From Tubiluchus corallicola (Eukaryota; Animalia; Priapulida), in contig JAQGDQ010000047.1 in assembly GCA_030141605.1 (NCBI GenBank), positions 62,001-126,000 of the forward strand: 64,000 bases of DNA, written 5' to 3'. The translations under genes were made by a program, and so were the position numbers. Each line of letters opens with the position of its first letter. Positions within the stretch are counted from its first letter, which is position 1. A model generated the notes under the pieces. That model did not search any database, was not told where the DNA came from, and was given only the letters and a program-made list of their open reading frames with translations. Below are positions 38,904-53,592 of this stretch, in pieces.

Positions 38904-41879
38904 TACAATATTTAAAACTCTGCCAATATTTATAAGAAAATTTATGTGTTAGATTATCAAAATGTTAGTCTTGAATACATGGAATGGGTCAAAAGAGCAT
39001 TAGCAGCAAATAGCTTAGCCAATCATCCAACAGCAGTGATTAAAGCATCTGGCCAGTGTATTCAATCTAGACCGTACAGATAAAAACCAACATTACAAAA
39101 GGTGATATGGCATGAGCTGTCAGTTTATATTCCCGCCCACATGCACCAAGCAAACTTTTGTATAATATTGTAAACTAGAAAAAGTGAGAGGTAAATTTAT
39201 GTGAACTGAGCTTCAAAGCCTTGCTTGCAAAGTGATATTTCTGTGACGCATCATTCTAAACAAATTGTGCAGGTAAAGTTTGACTGAAATTTATGGCTTC
39301 ATTTCATAATCATTGGTATGAGTCGCTGTTTAGTGGACACCAACACAATAAAGTATTATGTTATATGTAGAATCACGGATATGTAGAGTCACGGATATGT
39401 AGAATCAATGGCCTAATTGTCTCAAATACAAATGTAAATACAATGCTCCTATGCAAAGCTATATAAAAACTGCCGGCAGTTGACTCAAATAACTCCGTAT
39501 AATCAACTTTAAACCACTGACACACAAAAGCCACACACGTGTTGTTACACACTGCTTGGATGTACACAAAGTGACGGCCTGCCAACTAGCGGTCAGCTCG
39601 TGAAATAATGGACTGTGTCCATAGTATGCGGGAATTTTAGCGAACCAGATTTTGTTGTAATTCTTCAATACCCGTAAAATCGAGGTCCAGTAAACCTAGA
39701 TATGAGTGTAGCATAATTTATGCTAGAATTCTTGCAACACCATATATTGTAATATAATTACAAGAGTACTGAAATGAGTGGATATTATAAAGTGGAATTT
39801 CTGTATATAAGTTACTTTACTAACATCCCATTTACCTGTTTTAGTATAGTAACATTCTGTTGTCTTTACAATGTGTATATTCTTATGCAAAATTTATTGC
39901 GTCAAGGCCATCCGTGCAAAATTTGCAAATATTTCTAGCATGCATTAATTTTTTTGTTTTTCAGTATACAAATAGCTTACAGCGTGTAAACGAAATCGTT
40001 TCGTTTGTATGTGTCCTGTACGTTATAATTAATAATATTGATAATTTTGTGGCTTTGGAATAACAATCATAGATAGTACATAAAAACGAGTTACAAAGTT
40101 TAGAGAAGGACGGGATGGCAAAAGACCAAAAGATCATCTAGTCTGCCATCCCCAAATAGTGAGTCTAAAAAATAGTAATATAATTAATGCGATTTAGTAG
40201 ATTTAATAAACGTGACAGCCCTAATTAGCAGTATTGTGAGGTACCTTTTTTGACAGTGCAGCATCCCATTAGCTGAGAATATAAAAGAAGAGTTGTTTGA
40301 CCATCGTGAGCTGGGTCCAATTTATGTATTATGGAAAAATTATAATTACTGGTAGTGGTATAATCACAAAAAAATATACATTTTTGGGTAAAAACACCTA
40401 TAAAACTGGTATCAAAGCTCATGCAGCTATATGTACCAATTTACAGCCAGTTTCTTGCTTTACAATATTTGTCCTACTCAATGTTTGTTCAATCATTTTT
40501 AATCGAAACTATAATTACCTTTGACAAATTAACTTTAAATTCAACACGGTCAGTCACTGGCGTCAGCCATAGTCACTTTGACTTTTACCGTTGAAAAACA
40601 AAAAATTGAAAAATGAAAATACAGACCGAACTTGGTTGAGTACTGTGATTTCGGCCCTTTCTAGAGGTAACTATCTGTCTCTATGAACCAATCTATGACT
40701 TATATGCCGTGATTGCAATAGCCTCTAATGTCTGAACAAACTATATTGAAAAGTGAAAATAGTAGAAAATACAAACAAATTAACATTTAGCTTGAAGGAA
40801 ACAAAATAAGAAAATTAAGTTTATTAAGAAAAAAAAATGGAACGTAATTTAAGAAACGGAAAAATTTAAATGACACTTTTTTGCCAGACCAGTATACATA
40901 TTTATGTGACTGGCTAAATGCAAAATGTAACTATGAATTACAATTATTGCTTGAAAAGGAATGGAAAAAGCAAAATATATGTTAAAGGAAATTATGAGAA
41001 TCAAAATGAATAAAAAGTAGGTATTAAAGCGACGGACGTAAAAAAACTCAGAAAACTAAGGTTTCAAAAGACAATAATCATATCAGTTTCGAATAACTGT
41101 GAAATTTGCATACTTGTGTATAGTTAAAAAACATTGGGAGAGGCCAGAAAAAATGCAAAAAGAGATGATGAGAATTCTGGATTAAAAAATAAAAAAGTAT
41201 GCTAGCAAAAACAGGCTCTAAACTTGGTCCACGTAAAAATGGGTGTATTATAAAGAGCAATTTTTATTATTCACTGACGAATTTTGATGAAAATTGATTA
41301 GCAAAACAAATAGTACTTGAGCAAGAGAAAGACATAGACATTTTTATTTATCTCCTCATTTACACAAGAATACAGACTATAATTGCTAATTGAATAGTTA
41401 TAATCAGGCTAAATTATGCAGAAAGGAGAGAGTTACAGGGTGCAGGAGAAAGGGTAGCGAAAGATCAATTAGTTATCAAGTCAGCAAAAGGACATAAACA
41501 CTGTTGGTATTCTGAAATAACAGAGATTATGGAACGAAAAACAAATTCGAGAAACCTTAAAATAATTTTAAAAATGTGAATGGAAAAAAGAAACAAAGAA
41601 TTATAAACCAGGAAATATTGCAAGAGCATAAAGAGAGTACACAGAACAACAAAACTGGAGAGATATGAAAAACAAATTATTTAAAGTATGCACGAGTGAG
41701 TGTGAAGTTACAGATCAAAAATAGAATGAAAATCAAGTAAAATACCTTATCCGTTATCCAAGAATACCTTATCCAAAGAAATAAGGACCTAGATGGTAAC
41801 TATCTATAAATGATCCTCTTTCATACGCCTTATGAACTGCACGATGCCTAAAGAACTGTGATCTGATGTTGGTTCTAGC

Positions 41880-43800
41880 TGGCTGCACAAATAACTTAGA
41901 TTCTTGACCACAAAGAACTCTGTGAAGCCTGGATAAAGTCTGCCTCAGTCAGAACAGTATTTCTGCTAATCATTTTGAAGCAGTTCACAAGGTCTACAGC
42001 CTCACGTCTCTGCTCAAGAGTAGAAGTTGAAGCGGGATCAAAATCAATAACAAGACGAGAACATCTATCCTGAGTTCTTTCGAGAGCATTCTTGAGAGTA
42101 GCATACTGGGGTGACCATACAACTGACGCGTATTCCAGAATGGGTGGAACAACAGCTCTATAGAGAGGAATAAGTACTGCTGCATTTCTCGAAATCACAT
42201 ACCGCTTATTCACGCCAATACGAGGCTTTGCTTTAGCAATGATATGATTCACACGGAAATTCCATTTAAGGTCATTAGAAATCATAACTCCCAAGTCTCT
42301 GATACAACTTTTTTCAGCTATTTGAGCATTATTTAGATAGTAAGGTGTAATAGATTAGGCTGTATTCTAAGTAAAGCACATTTACTGGGGTTTAAGTGTC
42401 ATCAACCATTTACTGCACCAGTCTAAAATTTCATCCAAGTGATGTAAAATCTAAAGATCACGATGGTCCCAAATTGGACGAAAGGGCTTTAAATCATCAT
42501 CAAATAATGGGATGCTAGTCACTGTGGAAATACAATCGGTAATATCATTTATAAAAATAAGGAAGCAGTATGGGCCACTCAAAGTTCCTTGAGGGATACC
42601 ACTTATAACGGGGTGCTGTTCAGTGGTTAAACTGTTAAGAACAACACGTTGGAAATGATGAGTAAGAAAGTAACTGAACCACTTAAAAGCTTACCTCTTA
42701 TACCAGAATATTCCATAAGTAAGAGACGTTTGTGGGGGACAGAATCAAATGCCTTTATGAGATCAAGATAAAGTACATCAACGCCAAGGAAAGTAGAATC
42801 ATTGAAGAAGCAATTCTATAGATTTAAACACGACAATAGATTAGAGACGACTGAATGAAGAGGAAGAGAGCCATGCTGGGGCTTACATATTCATTCAGTT
42901 TGAATAATAAAAGGTTAGAATCTCGTCCCACTATACGGATTCAAAGCATTTGACAACTACAGATGACAAAGATATGCAGCGAAGATCATCACACAAAGGA
43001 CATGCATTTGACTCTTTAGAGATGGGGTTAACGTTACAGTTAAGCCAGCATTGGCGGAGCACTCCAGAATCAAGACACTTACGGAAAAAAGGAAAAGAGG
43101 GAGAGCAAGCTGCAGAGCACAGGATTTCAAAATAAAGCCATGAACTTCATCGGGCTCTGTAGCCATAAATGGTGTTAATTTAATAAGCTTAGCATATACA
43201 TTGTTAATACTGAAATTAATGTCATTCAGAGAATCAGCATTCCAGCCAGAAGCAATAGGCAAAAGGCAAGACATTATCATCAGGCTCATGGGTGAAGAAA
43301 GAACAGAAAGCATCATTTATTGTAGAAGCGACCTTTTTCGGACAAGTAACAACATCATTGTTACAATCTTTAATGCAATTTGGTTGGAAGACTTCAAGAA
43401 GCTTTTACTAATTGAAGAATTTGTTGCCATTTTTGCTCAACCTACTTGCAAGACTATTTTTGTACGTCATCCTTGCATGGCGAATAGACAACCTTAACTG
43501 CTGGGATTGTCTGGTATACTCAGCAAAAGCGCTACACAGATTAGTAAGGTTCCACAGCCTCCAAAGTTTAAGATTCTCAAATTTAGCTCGATGGACACAT
43601 TTATCATTTTCCCAGGGTGCACACAATTTTTTACACACAAATTTAGAGGTTCATATGACGGAATTGCAAAAGAAATAATTTTAAGTGAAAAGATTTGGCT
43701 TTGTCATAAGTGCAGAAAACAAGAAAATACTACAGAATATGCATTATGGCGTGAGAAGTTGAAAGAAATAAGAAATATAATGGTGTCAGGTTAAAAATTA
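41880..43800 (-). mobile_element. Degraded LINE ORF2 / reverse transcriptase (CR1/Jockey group)
   Basis: Frameshifted RT motifs on the minus strand: YLDLIKAFDSVPHKRLL, SGIPQGT, FLIFINDI, LFDDDLK, RDLGVMISNDLKWN and PILEYASVVWSP. Confidence 0.88.
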
Positions 43801-44866
43801 TTACAACCTGTGAAATAGGTATTCTCATATGATAAGAGAATTTAAAGTGGTCATGGAATCTAGAGAAAGTAGATAGTAGTAGAAAAAAGTGTAATAAAAA
43901 GGAAAGGTGATACCTGTTTGTGCAAATAAGAATGGCTAGTATAATGACATCTAATGAAAAGATTTACTGTTCTTGCAAACTTGGATTGTGCTTATCTTGG
44001 TAATCATGAACTGCTGCACTGCGGCAGTACCTGTCTCGGTACATACTCAGGACCCTCTTCGTTGGTATTTAGCGAGCCTACACAATGTACCAGCAAGCTT
44101 ACACTCCACTAATTGTTTACTTCCATTTCAATTGCCTTTGTTCTAATCTTTAATTCTTCCGGACCTTTGAACAGTCACTCTTCTTTTCGATATTCCATTG
44201 CTGCTTTAATTTATTCCAAATTAATTTTGTTTCATTATTTCACTATTTGAACTAAATACATCTCCTACCACTATATTCTACGTTCTTATGTTAAATAATT
44301 AGTCACAAAGTATTCTTTCTCCGTATGCTTTATTGGAAGTATTTCAGTGTTTGGCAATTATTATCATTAGTAACAAAACAGTAGAAAACATTTTCCTGCT
44401 CTTTGGCCCAGAGAGCTCATCGAATCATTAACTCATGCCAGTCAGTGACAGTTTAATAAGTAATCTAGTGGCACTACTGCAATGAGTTTAATGGCATGAA
44501 AATTTTTTCAGCATTTTTTTTTATTAGCTCTACCATAGTTAACACAATAGCCAATCTGTATAATGGCAAGGAAATAAAATTAATCATCTGAGTAGTCACG
44601 GTGATTCAGTACATTTAAAATTAACAACTAAAGTTTAGCAATGTCTAGCTTCACTGGCAGTTGGTCAGATGATGGACCACCTGGAAAACTGCTGTCTCGG
44701 GGCGGTTCCACTTGCCACACTGCACCAGCAGCATGAACTGAGTTCGCTGTATGAACAAAACGTACTGCTTCTTCCAATAACAGGAATCAGAACAAATGCA
44801 CAACATGCCTATTGGCCACCTTAGATGGCAATTGCTGTGTTATATAACAGAGAATAATTTATTTAG

Positions 44867-46150
44867 CTACTCATTCTCAACTTTTATTTTGTCACATAAA
44901 TTCTGTAGTGCACTGTGCTTACTTAATCTATGTTTCTTTAATGCATAAAGCCTGTGAAATGCCATACCACAAAACTCACACGCATGTTCTTTTTCACTGT
45001 GAATTCTCTTATGAGCCACTAAGTTGTGTTTGTCCTTAAAGGCTCTACCACACACCTCACAACTATGTGCTTTTGGTTTTAAGTGACTAAGCATGTGTGT
45101 GCGAATGTTAGTTTTATACTTGAGCATAACACCACAAATTCCACATTTATAATATTCTTTGCTGTGTCCTTGATTATGCCTGTGTAAATCAAATTTGGCT
45201 CGAAATGATTTCCCACATTCAGTGCAAAGAAATGGGCGGTCTTTTACAGTATGATACCGCTGATGTATATCTCTACGAGCTTTTTGCTTAAACATCTGAC
45301 CACACACATCACATTTAAAAGGCTTCGCGACAGAATGGACAGCTTTATGTCTATCCAAGTCACTTTTCTGTGCCCATCGCTTACCGCATAACTCACACAC
45401 ATATATTAACTGCTTTTTGTGAAAGTATCTGATATGACCCTGGAGGCTTTTGTAATACTTTTTACAATGTGGGCATACACCACTTTTTGCTTTTATGTTT
45501 AACAAAGTTTCCCTCCCTGTAATACTTGCCAGTTTCACTTGATCATCTTCCTCCTTAACATCTGTCACTTGACTGTCTTCACATTTTTTTGCTTCTAATA
45601 AAACATGTTCATTTGTAAGCAAAGGTACTGGGTGCCTGGAAATCAAGCCAGTTACTTCTTGAAAATTGATGTTTGCTTTTTCGGTGATTTCAGCAGTGTC
45701 TTTGTCAACCCCTGCCTCAGGTACAGTGAGGTCTGTTTTATTTAGAAGTTGTTTCTTACAAAATGATTCAAGTAAATGTGTCTCTTGCAAATGTGCTGGT
45801 TGTGCTAAGCGAGTTTCTGTTTCCGAGGAATTCCCTAAATTTTCTGTAAATGAATGACTCTCATCCAGTATTTTTTCAGCAGATAGAACATGCATTTCAG
45901 CATTATTATCACACTTTTCGTGTTTCAACACACTGTATGTTTCATTAACAGCATCATTGTCACAATTGTCTATGATATTTTCAGAAGAACATATAACCTG
46001 TACTTCTCCGTCGTCATCACTCATATCACACTCAAATACAACAGTCTCGGTGCAATGAACAGATCGACAATGTTGGTAGAAATAATCTTCATTCTTGAAA
46101 AGCTCTGAGCATACAGTACATTTGAAGTAAACTACAAGCATCCCTTTCAT
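44867..46150 (-). CDS. C2H2 zinc-finger protein, paralog 3 (427 aa; 7 fingers)
   Basis: Intact ORF starting MKGMLVVYFKC. Acceptor TTTACAG| at about 46207. Confidence 0.93.
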   Translation of the reverse strand: MKGMLVVYFKCTVCSELFKNEDYFYQHCRSVHCTETVVFECDMSDDDGEVQVICSSENIIDNCDNDAVNETYSVLKHEKCDNNAEMHVLSAEKILDESHSFTENLGNSSETETRLAQPAHLQETHLLESFCKKQLLNKTDLTVPEAGVDKDTAEITEKANINFQEVTGLISRHPVPLLTNEHVLLEAKKCEDSQVTDVKEEDDQVKLASITGRETLLNIKAKSGVCPHCKKYYKSLQGHIRYFHKKQLIYVCELCGKRWAQKSDLDRHKAVHSVAKPFKCDVCGQMFKQKARRDIHQRYHTVKDRPFLCTECGKSFRAKFDLHRHNQGHSKEYYKCGICGVMLKYKTNIRTHMLSHLKPKAHSCEVCGRAFKDKHNLVAHKRIHSEKEHACEFCGMAFHRLYALKKHRLSKHSALQNLCDKIKVENE

Positions 46151-48899
46151 TTTATCAGTCAGTCTTCACAACTCATCTAATATGACATCCATAGGTCTAG
46201 GTTATACCTGTAAATAAGAATTCAGAATGTCATACCTATTACGAAAATACCACAACACTGAATTTGTAAGCTATGTCACGTTAGTTATAGTTAATTACAT
46301 AAAGTAGTGACAAAACCAACATTGCGAAGGAAAGACATTTATGAAACAACATGCTCATTGCCCATAAGAAAAATGCTCTGAACAGTAAAGAACATGATAA
46401 TCCAAATGTCATAGCTTACAGACCTCAGTTTTCAAGTCTTTGTCCCTTCTTAAAAATTTGTATAACACTGCTTTTTTTCAGTTGCTTTGCATTTCTACAG
46501 TTAAGTTTTCAACAATTTTTTACTTTTACTATAAGAATAACCTAAGACAAATTTAACCATTCTTCTACTAAGTTGGAATAAAAATAATTTTGTTGAATTT
46601 TTCAATTTTCTCAGAAAAATTGTTACGATTTCATTTTGCCCATGTTTGCCATATTGCAAGACCTAACGGTTATTTTTAGTTGTAGCTCAAAAATGTAGTC
46701 TTTAGGATTTAACCCTAGCTAGCTTGTTACAACAAATCATTCCAGGTTTTGTCGAAAGCTGTTTAACTCAAATCTTACAGTTTTTTTTCAGCGCGAGTCT
46801 AACCTACCATTTGACAGAAGTGTATAGGAGCCACAAAATCTTTCAGAACACGAATGAAAAAATATGAAATCAGGAATGTCAACAGCCAAAGTCTACAATT
46901 CTCTTTCAAATTTCTTTTCCAATGTCTCTCAAAATTTTTTAAAACATGATCATAAATTAAAGTAAAATTTTGATAAAACTGTATGGTATGTACTTCATCA
47001 ATTATAATAATGAACTGTTTGGCATAAATATCATTGAGGCCAGGGTTAGCTATTACTATTCATTAGGCTACCTTAATGAACAGCAACCTTATTGCATTGA
47101 AGCGAATTGTCTTTTGTATTTGACAGTGGTCCAGACATTTCATGTATTTTAATAAACCAAAATTTAAAGCAAAAGCCACATCTCTAGGAAGTTGAGCTTA
47201 TTTTAATATTTGAGAAAAATGTTAGAAAGTTCCAGCAATAAAATTGGAATAAACACCTTGTGTAATTAGTAAAACAATTTAAAATCACCATTACTTCAAA
47301 CTTGGCAATGCTAATTTTGAACAAAAAATAGCATCAACAGTTATCATACAATATAAACACTTGTCCTGCCAGATGCTTAAGGGACTTTTTTGCAGTTGCA
47401 ATTACTATTATTAACTACAAAAACAATCCAAAACATTAAACAAGAGATTATTAATACTATATTTTTGTGTTGCTTTTGGTGAGTCCTGAATCCTGTTACC
47501 CACTGCATAATCAAAACCAGTTACTGACCAAAATACAACTGATATCCAACTTGGCCAATTAATGCAGACAAAGTAACAGAATTATTTTAAAAAGCTAAAA
47601 GTGAGCTTTATAAATTATTTGTAATTATATTGTGTAATAATAACTCATTTTAAAGTATAATCTTGTGGATTAAAGCAGCTTTAAGCTACATAAGCACTTT
47701 ATTGCAGATGGATCTGATGACTAATTTTTACATAAACGCAGTTAAACACAAAAATTTAGTCAGCTAGAATAATGGCAGGTGAACTGCAGAAGCTTTGTTA
47801 TGCGTGCATTCATGCTGTCCACAGCTTACATCATCTTTTTTCCAAATATGCTCGCAGCGAGGTTCGTTTGGCGGGGAATACCAATGATTTATATTATGTA
47901 GTAATTTCAATACATTTAAGTGTATATTAAAATACAATGAATATTGTTCGAGGGTTAGTTTTTCCCTTAATTCACTTTAAAATATTCTGTAAATCACTGA
48001 ACACTTATACTACCAAAAGAATTTTGCCCAGCAAAAATATAATTTAAGTGATTAAAACATTGTGAACAGAATTCTTCAGGAGACCCGCGAAATGGATGTA
48101 GGCCTTATAGCCTATATGTGCTATAATGTCTACTGTATTAGCTGTACTGAGTAGAAGTGCGGAAGGGCCCTCCAAGAAACCTAACAGACAACCATGGGGC
48201 AATAACTAAAAATGCTGCTGATTGATGCTGTCTGTTTCCCAATTTAATAAAACTGTCAACTTATCGTGCTGTCATGAAATCATATACAATCGATTTCATG
48301 AGTTAACCAGTGATTCAGAAATTCTTCGACATGTTACTAAGTATGAAGCTAGATTAAAGACAGGTTTTTAGTGGGCAACTGAATGCTTGCCAAATTATGC
48401 ACTTGTGTAATTTTGTTATAAAAGCTAGAACAAAGTTTTACACTTGTCACACACTTTTGAGACAACAGAGTTGGCTGTCTGACAATGTCTTACTTTTGTT
48501 TATCATTTAACGCATGTCGTTTTTTCCAGTAATATAATATGATATGATATGATATAATATAATATAATATGTTATTAACCTTAATGTTGATGTGAGTTTA
48601 GACACAGGAACATTTGGTATTTATAATTTTTCAGTCAACACACTTTATAAGTTTGGATTAACTGTTTCACACACTTACTCGAATAGTGTGTGCATGTGCA
48701 ACGCAATAACCCCTAAATAGATGCATCTCAGAATTATTTAAAAATAACTCTCCGAGCCTTAGAAATAAACATGCCTCATAGTTTTGTCTTGGTCTATCTT
48801 ACGCATTCTCACAATTGCATTGATGATTAAATATAAAGACGTAATCAATCAATCAAGACATATTCATGAGGAAAATTAATTTTTGGGGACATAATCATA

Positions 48900-50460
48900 C
48901 TCAAGAAATGTCGTGATATTAGAATTACAATTTGCGTCGAAGTTTGATTACCTTATCAACCGATCAGCAGTTTGTCACTGTTTGTCAAAACGTCTGATAC
49001 AAAAACATCTAGCTCTTCTTCCCTTTAGCCACCAAAAAGAACATCACTGTGAACAATCAACTGAACTATCTTTTGGTCATCGAGCTGCTTCAATTTGCAA
49101 ATCTAATGAATATTGGAATAATTTTTTAAAACAAATCAAATTTATTTTTATCTAAGAATATGCTTACCACTAATTGCAAAAACGAAGCTGATATTAACGT
49201 TAAAATGGGTACTAATACTATTGAGCGTGCAAATGAAGTGAAATATTTAGGAATATGGATTGATTCCAAGCTATCCCGGAAATCATATATCCAGCATGTT
49301 TCCCATAAGATAAGTAATTGGCTTGGTATATAGAGTTAGCTATTACTTAGATTTTTCATCCATTAAGCTATTATATACTAGTATATTCATGCCACATTTC
49401 CTCTAAAGCATATTAGCCTGGGGCTGTGCAGCTGTCAAAACAATCCACCCCGTAACCTCAGCACAAAACCGTATGATACAAATTATGATTTACTCTAATA
49501 GACAAGACCACAAGACACATCTTCATTTTAATCTCAACATTGTAAAATTTCAGGACATTTACCAGCTTGAACTGGCAAAGTTAATGTTCATATTTAAACA
49601 CCATTTGTTTTATCTCTATTTTCAAATTATTACACCACTGCTTCTACTGTTTATCGTTACCCAACCAGATTTTCATATATTTAGTCATATTTCATTGAAA
49701 GATTCAATACTATTACCGGCCAAAATTATCCAAGATGTAAATGTGCCGCACTATAGAACTCACTCCAAATGGAGTAATATCAGAGTCTTATCTTAAATTG
49801 GTCAAAAGATATAAAAAGATCCTAATGTCACAATATAATCAAAATTAGTCAGTACTAATTGCCATTTAAGTATATCATTTAACCTGCTATTCATTATTCT
49901 TTTTTAATTTTGGCATTTTTATTTCATTTTTTGTTCCTTTGATGTGATAGTAGTGATCAGATTGTTCTACTTTGTGTTATATTTTAGGTTGTTTTTGATC
50001 TAATTATTATTTAGTTTGTGCAACCAAGTTCTTCAATCACGTTTTTGATTTTTTTTGAGCTTTGTTTACATTAGTGCAAAAAATTATTCTCCTTTTTGTT
50101 ATATTTTAGTTTGGTTTCGATTATTACTTTGTTTTCCTTGCCCAAGTTCTTTATTTATGTTTTGACTCTGCGCTCGTTTGACTTTTTACAAGTTTTGATT
50201 TTCTTTTCATTTTATATTTCTGTGCAATAACTAATTCTTTGTCTCATTTTCGTTTATTTTTAAGACAAACTGCAAATTACTTATAATTATAAAGTATAAC
50301 TGCTGCAAAACTGCTACAACAAGTTTTTATATTACTATAGGGGCAAGTGAGTTGATGAGCGTATGGTCCGTTCGCTGCTCCTTCTCCGTTACATAATTTT
50401 TTTCATTATGAAATTGCAGAGATTGTTGTTTTTATGGAGGAAAATAAAGTGAATTTAATT
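48900..50460 (+). mobile_element. Degraded LINE 3' part (L2/Crack/Daphne-like ORF2 C-terminus plus T-rich 3' UTR)
   Basis: DINVKMGTNTIERANEVKYLGIWIDSKLS and IVKFQDIYQLELAKLMF, followed by a long T-rich tract ending at AATAAA near 50444. Confidence 0.7.
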
Positions 50461-50498
50461 GAACTATCCCTCACATATAAAAAAACACATTAATAGAT

Positions 50499-51430
50499 AG
50501 ATTGCAAGCGGCGTTTAGCCCCGCCCACTTTGATCATGTAACACACATTCTCACAAACACTCGCTGCAAGTCGTTACAGTATATAAACAAGCATGAAAAA
50601 CATGGAGAATGGTGAATTTTAAGTGATTAATTGGCGATTATGGAAAATACAATAAAAGCGCTAGTTATAATAAAAGTTGCAACAAAGTACTAATATAACA
50701 AATATGAAATGGTGTATTAACTTTGCTTTACATGTTGTGTTGTAAAGCAAATTTTTTATAACACTTTTACTTACACCAAAAACAAATTATTTTAGTGTTT
50801 TGTACCTAATTCTAACATAAACGCTAAAACTGAATAAATTAAATAAAAATCAAGTAAGTTAGCCCAGCTGAACTATTTAACTATACTACTGCACATTCAG
50901 GCCGTCATACTCAACCAACAAAATCCTATTTTTTGCTGTACAGTATCTGGAATATCTTGCTGCAGTGTGTTAAGTCCTGATTTAGAAGGACGCATTCTAC
51001 ATGTAGCCAGCAGTAATCAATTATAGTACAGTGTAATAACAAAACATTTGAAAACTTTTCTGAGCAGACAGCTGGTTGGTTTGAGCTGTTCACATGGCCT
51101 CCCGCATGCTCTGACATAGCATGACACTTGTCTAAGTCTTTTTTTGGGGTTGGGGAAACTTATAGGTCGAACTCTTTCTTCTAATCTTTCTGGATAGCGA
51201 AGATCCACATTACATGAGCCCCAAGCGCAACGCTTCACCATTCTTTACAAAGCAAAAATAATCGTGAGCACACGCTTTAGCTGTATATTTCGTATAGGCT
51301 TTAAGTGCAAATATGGCTGGGTATGTGAGTGAAGCCCCCGAACAATCGAAGAACAGTAAGCGCCAAATAAAAGCGCCTCATTTGTCATTGCGATGGGGAC
51401 TCCCACTGGTTGATTGACGTTCTGAGATCT
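50499..51430 (-). mobile_element. THAP-domain DNA transposon remnant (ISL2EU/Harbinger-related?)
   Basis: MVKRCAWGSCN..RYPERL..FPNPK..RACGRP..VCSEKF is a frameshifted THAP domain (51241 to about 51055). Weak inverted ends AT|AGAT...ATCT|AT. Confidence 0.6.
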
Positions 51431-51837
51431 ATGTATTAAAAGTATTATACAAATTATATCTAAATGGAAAAGGGTGGCGAAAACATACGCTATCGATCAG
51501 GTATTAATGCATACCTTTAGGGCTTTAGTTTTATATACAACTTCTAACCTATAGACTATACAGTATACCTTTTATTTTTAATCATCATCATACGCCCATA
51601 ACGTCTATTGCAGACATTGGGCAGGCAGAATTCTAAAATGAAAGAATCTGCCCTTCAGTCAGGTAAACACAGCAGTAATCCAGCAAAAAACTAGACACTG
51701 CTACGCCAGTGACTACTTCTCAACACTACCTTTTAATCACACAAACAAAATTCTCTTTCTTTTATTGAATTTCTTCAAATACGACAAATCTTTTTACGGA
51801 GGTTCCGCTACCTATCGCGCACTTTTTAAATTGCTTA

Positions 51838-52724
51838 CGTAGCGCCACTAGCCGAAGTAGGACACTTCCGGTAAAACGCATGTGCCAAATATGCGGAAAA
51901 ACAGTGTCGTACATGGGCAGCCCAAGTCGACACTAGCGAGTTTGGTCGAGAATCGATAATTTTGTCAAATCAAAGAAAAAAATAACTTTATAATAATGAT
52001 GCATAGTCCTTGGCAATTTAGAAATGTATTTTTTTACAATAATATCGTCATTCTTATTAGCTCCATTAATAACATCACAACAGTAAACTAAGTATCTAAT
52101 GCTTTAAAGAGAGAAACTATGCACACAGTTATTACAGAATTATTTGCAACTTTAAAAATGAGACAGATGCTGCTAAGCCTTCACAACACGAAAAAATCAA
52201 TTTTTAACTTTTTAAGAAAAGCAAGGACAATTAGTTTTAATAATATCAATAGTATTGTAACATGTAAGGCCCTGTCGTACATGGCTTGCTAGCCCATGTA
52301 GACCACATAAGTTGCTAGAACGCTTACTTAGGAGAAAGCAATTATTTGTCCAAGAGGTAGTGAAATAGACCTGTCTGTGAAGTGAGACAAAAAAATGATA
52401 TACCTTAAACAAATGTTGAAATCGCCTAAAAACTGGGTTTATTTCACTTCAACAACAACAGTAAAATTCTTTTATTTTATTAGATGTATAATAAATTATT
52501 CAACGTGTATTGACGTTTTTAATCATTATTATTACATAAACAAGTACAACGGACGATGTCAGTACGCTTAACGACTCAATTTGTGACCTGTCTCTATTGT
52601 CCTACTTGAGCAGCCCATGTACGACACGTCCTACTTGGGCTAGCCCAGGTACGACGCGCCCTACTTGCTAGCCCATGTACGCCAAATGTCCTACTTCGGC
52701 TAATGGGTTACTCGGCGCCCAACA
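51838..52724 (+). mobile_element. Same TGT...ACA family, copy 2 (left TIR partly deleted)
   Basis: Internal sequence is colinear with copy 1. The right end reads CTCGGCGCCCAACA. Perfect TSD GCTTA (51833-51837 and 52725-52729). Confidence 0.88.
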
Positions 52725-53592
52725 GCTTAATTTGTGAAGGGTTCATAATATATAATTATATATGTACATTACTATGACGTAATTCATAGGTTGTCACCGT
52801 TTACGTGATTAACTTTTTACTACAAATTTCGTGAGACTAACTATTTGAAGTTCATTTTCGTTCAGAGCCAAATATCTTAAAGAATATAACTTCGCATCAC
52901 ATCTCAAGCATCATTCAGAGCTTCACAAAAATATTAATATGTACTTGAAGAGTGATTTGAGAGTATGGTATGATTGATGATGCATTAATAGGAATTACTC
53001 TGTAATATGTTTATGGCTGTATAAGCTGGTAGACTTTTGCTCTTTAACCTTAATAACTGATTCATATCAAAGTACTCCACTCTAAACGTATCACAGGATT
53101 AAAAATTCTAATCGTCTTATAGTGCCTACACACAGAAAACTTACATGCATGACACAGTTTATATATAATAATATATAATATGACATTTTAAGCAATTACA
53201 TTGGCAATAAAGGCCTGCGTAAAAATTCACAGGTTTTTTTACAGTTTATTGAAACAAAAAAGGAAATAAAGTTACCAGTGGTGATTTAATTACTAATTAA
53301 AATAATTTTCGTGTACTCTGTGTCAGAACAGTACAATGGTGATAGCTCATGTGATCTAGTAGTACTACACGTGTAATTTCAACTTTTGGTAACGATATTT
53401 ATTGTCAACTATAAGATTTATAATGGATTTCTTTATTTTCCATAAATGTAGAAAAAACAATATACAAAGCCACAAAAATACTGTAATTTTCAACACCCAA
53501 TGTACTTTAGATTCAATTAACCAGCAGTGAAACAGCAATTGTAAAAGTTAATTGCACCATTTTTGTTGACTACAGCTCAATTGTTTGGAAAG

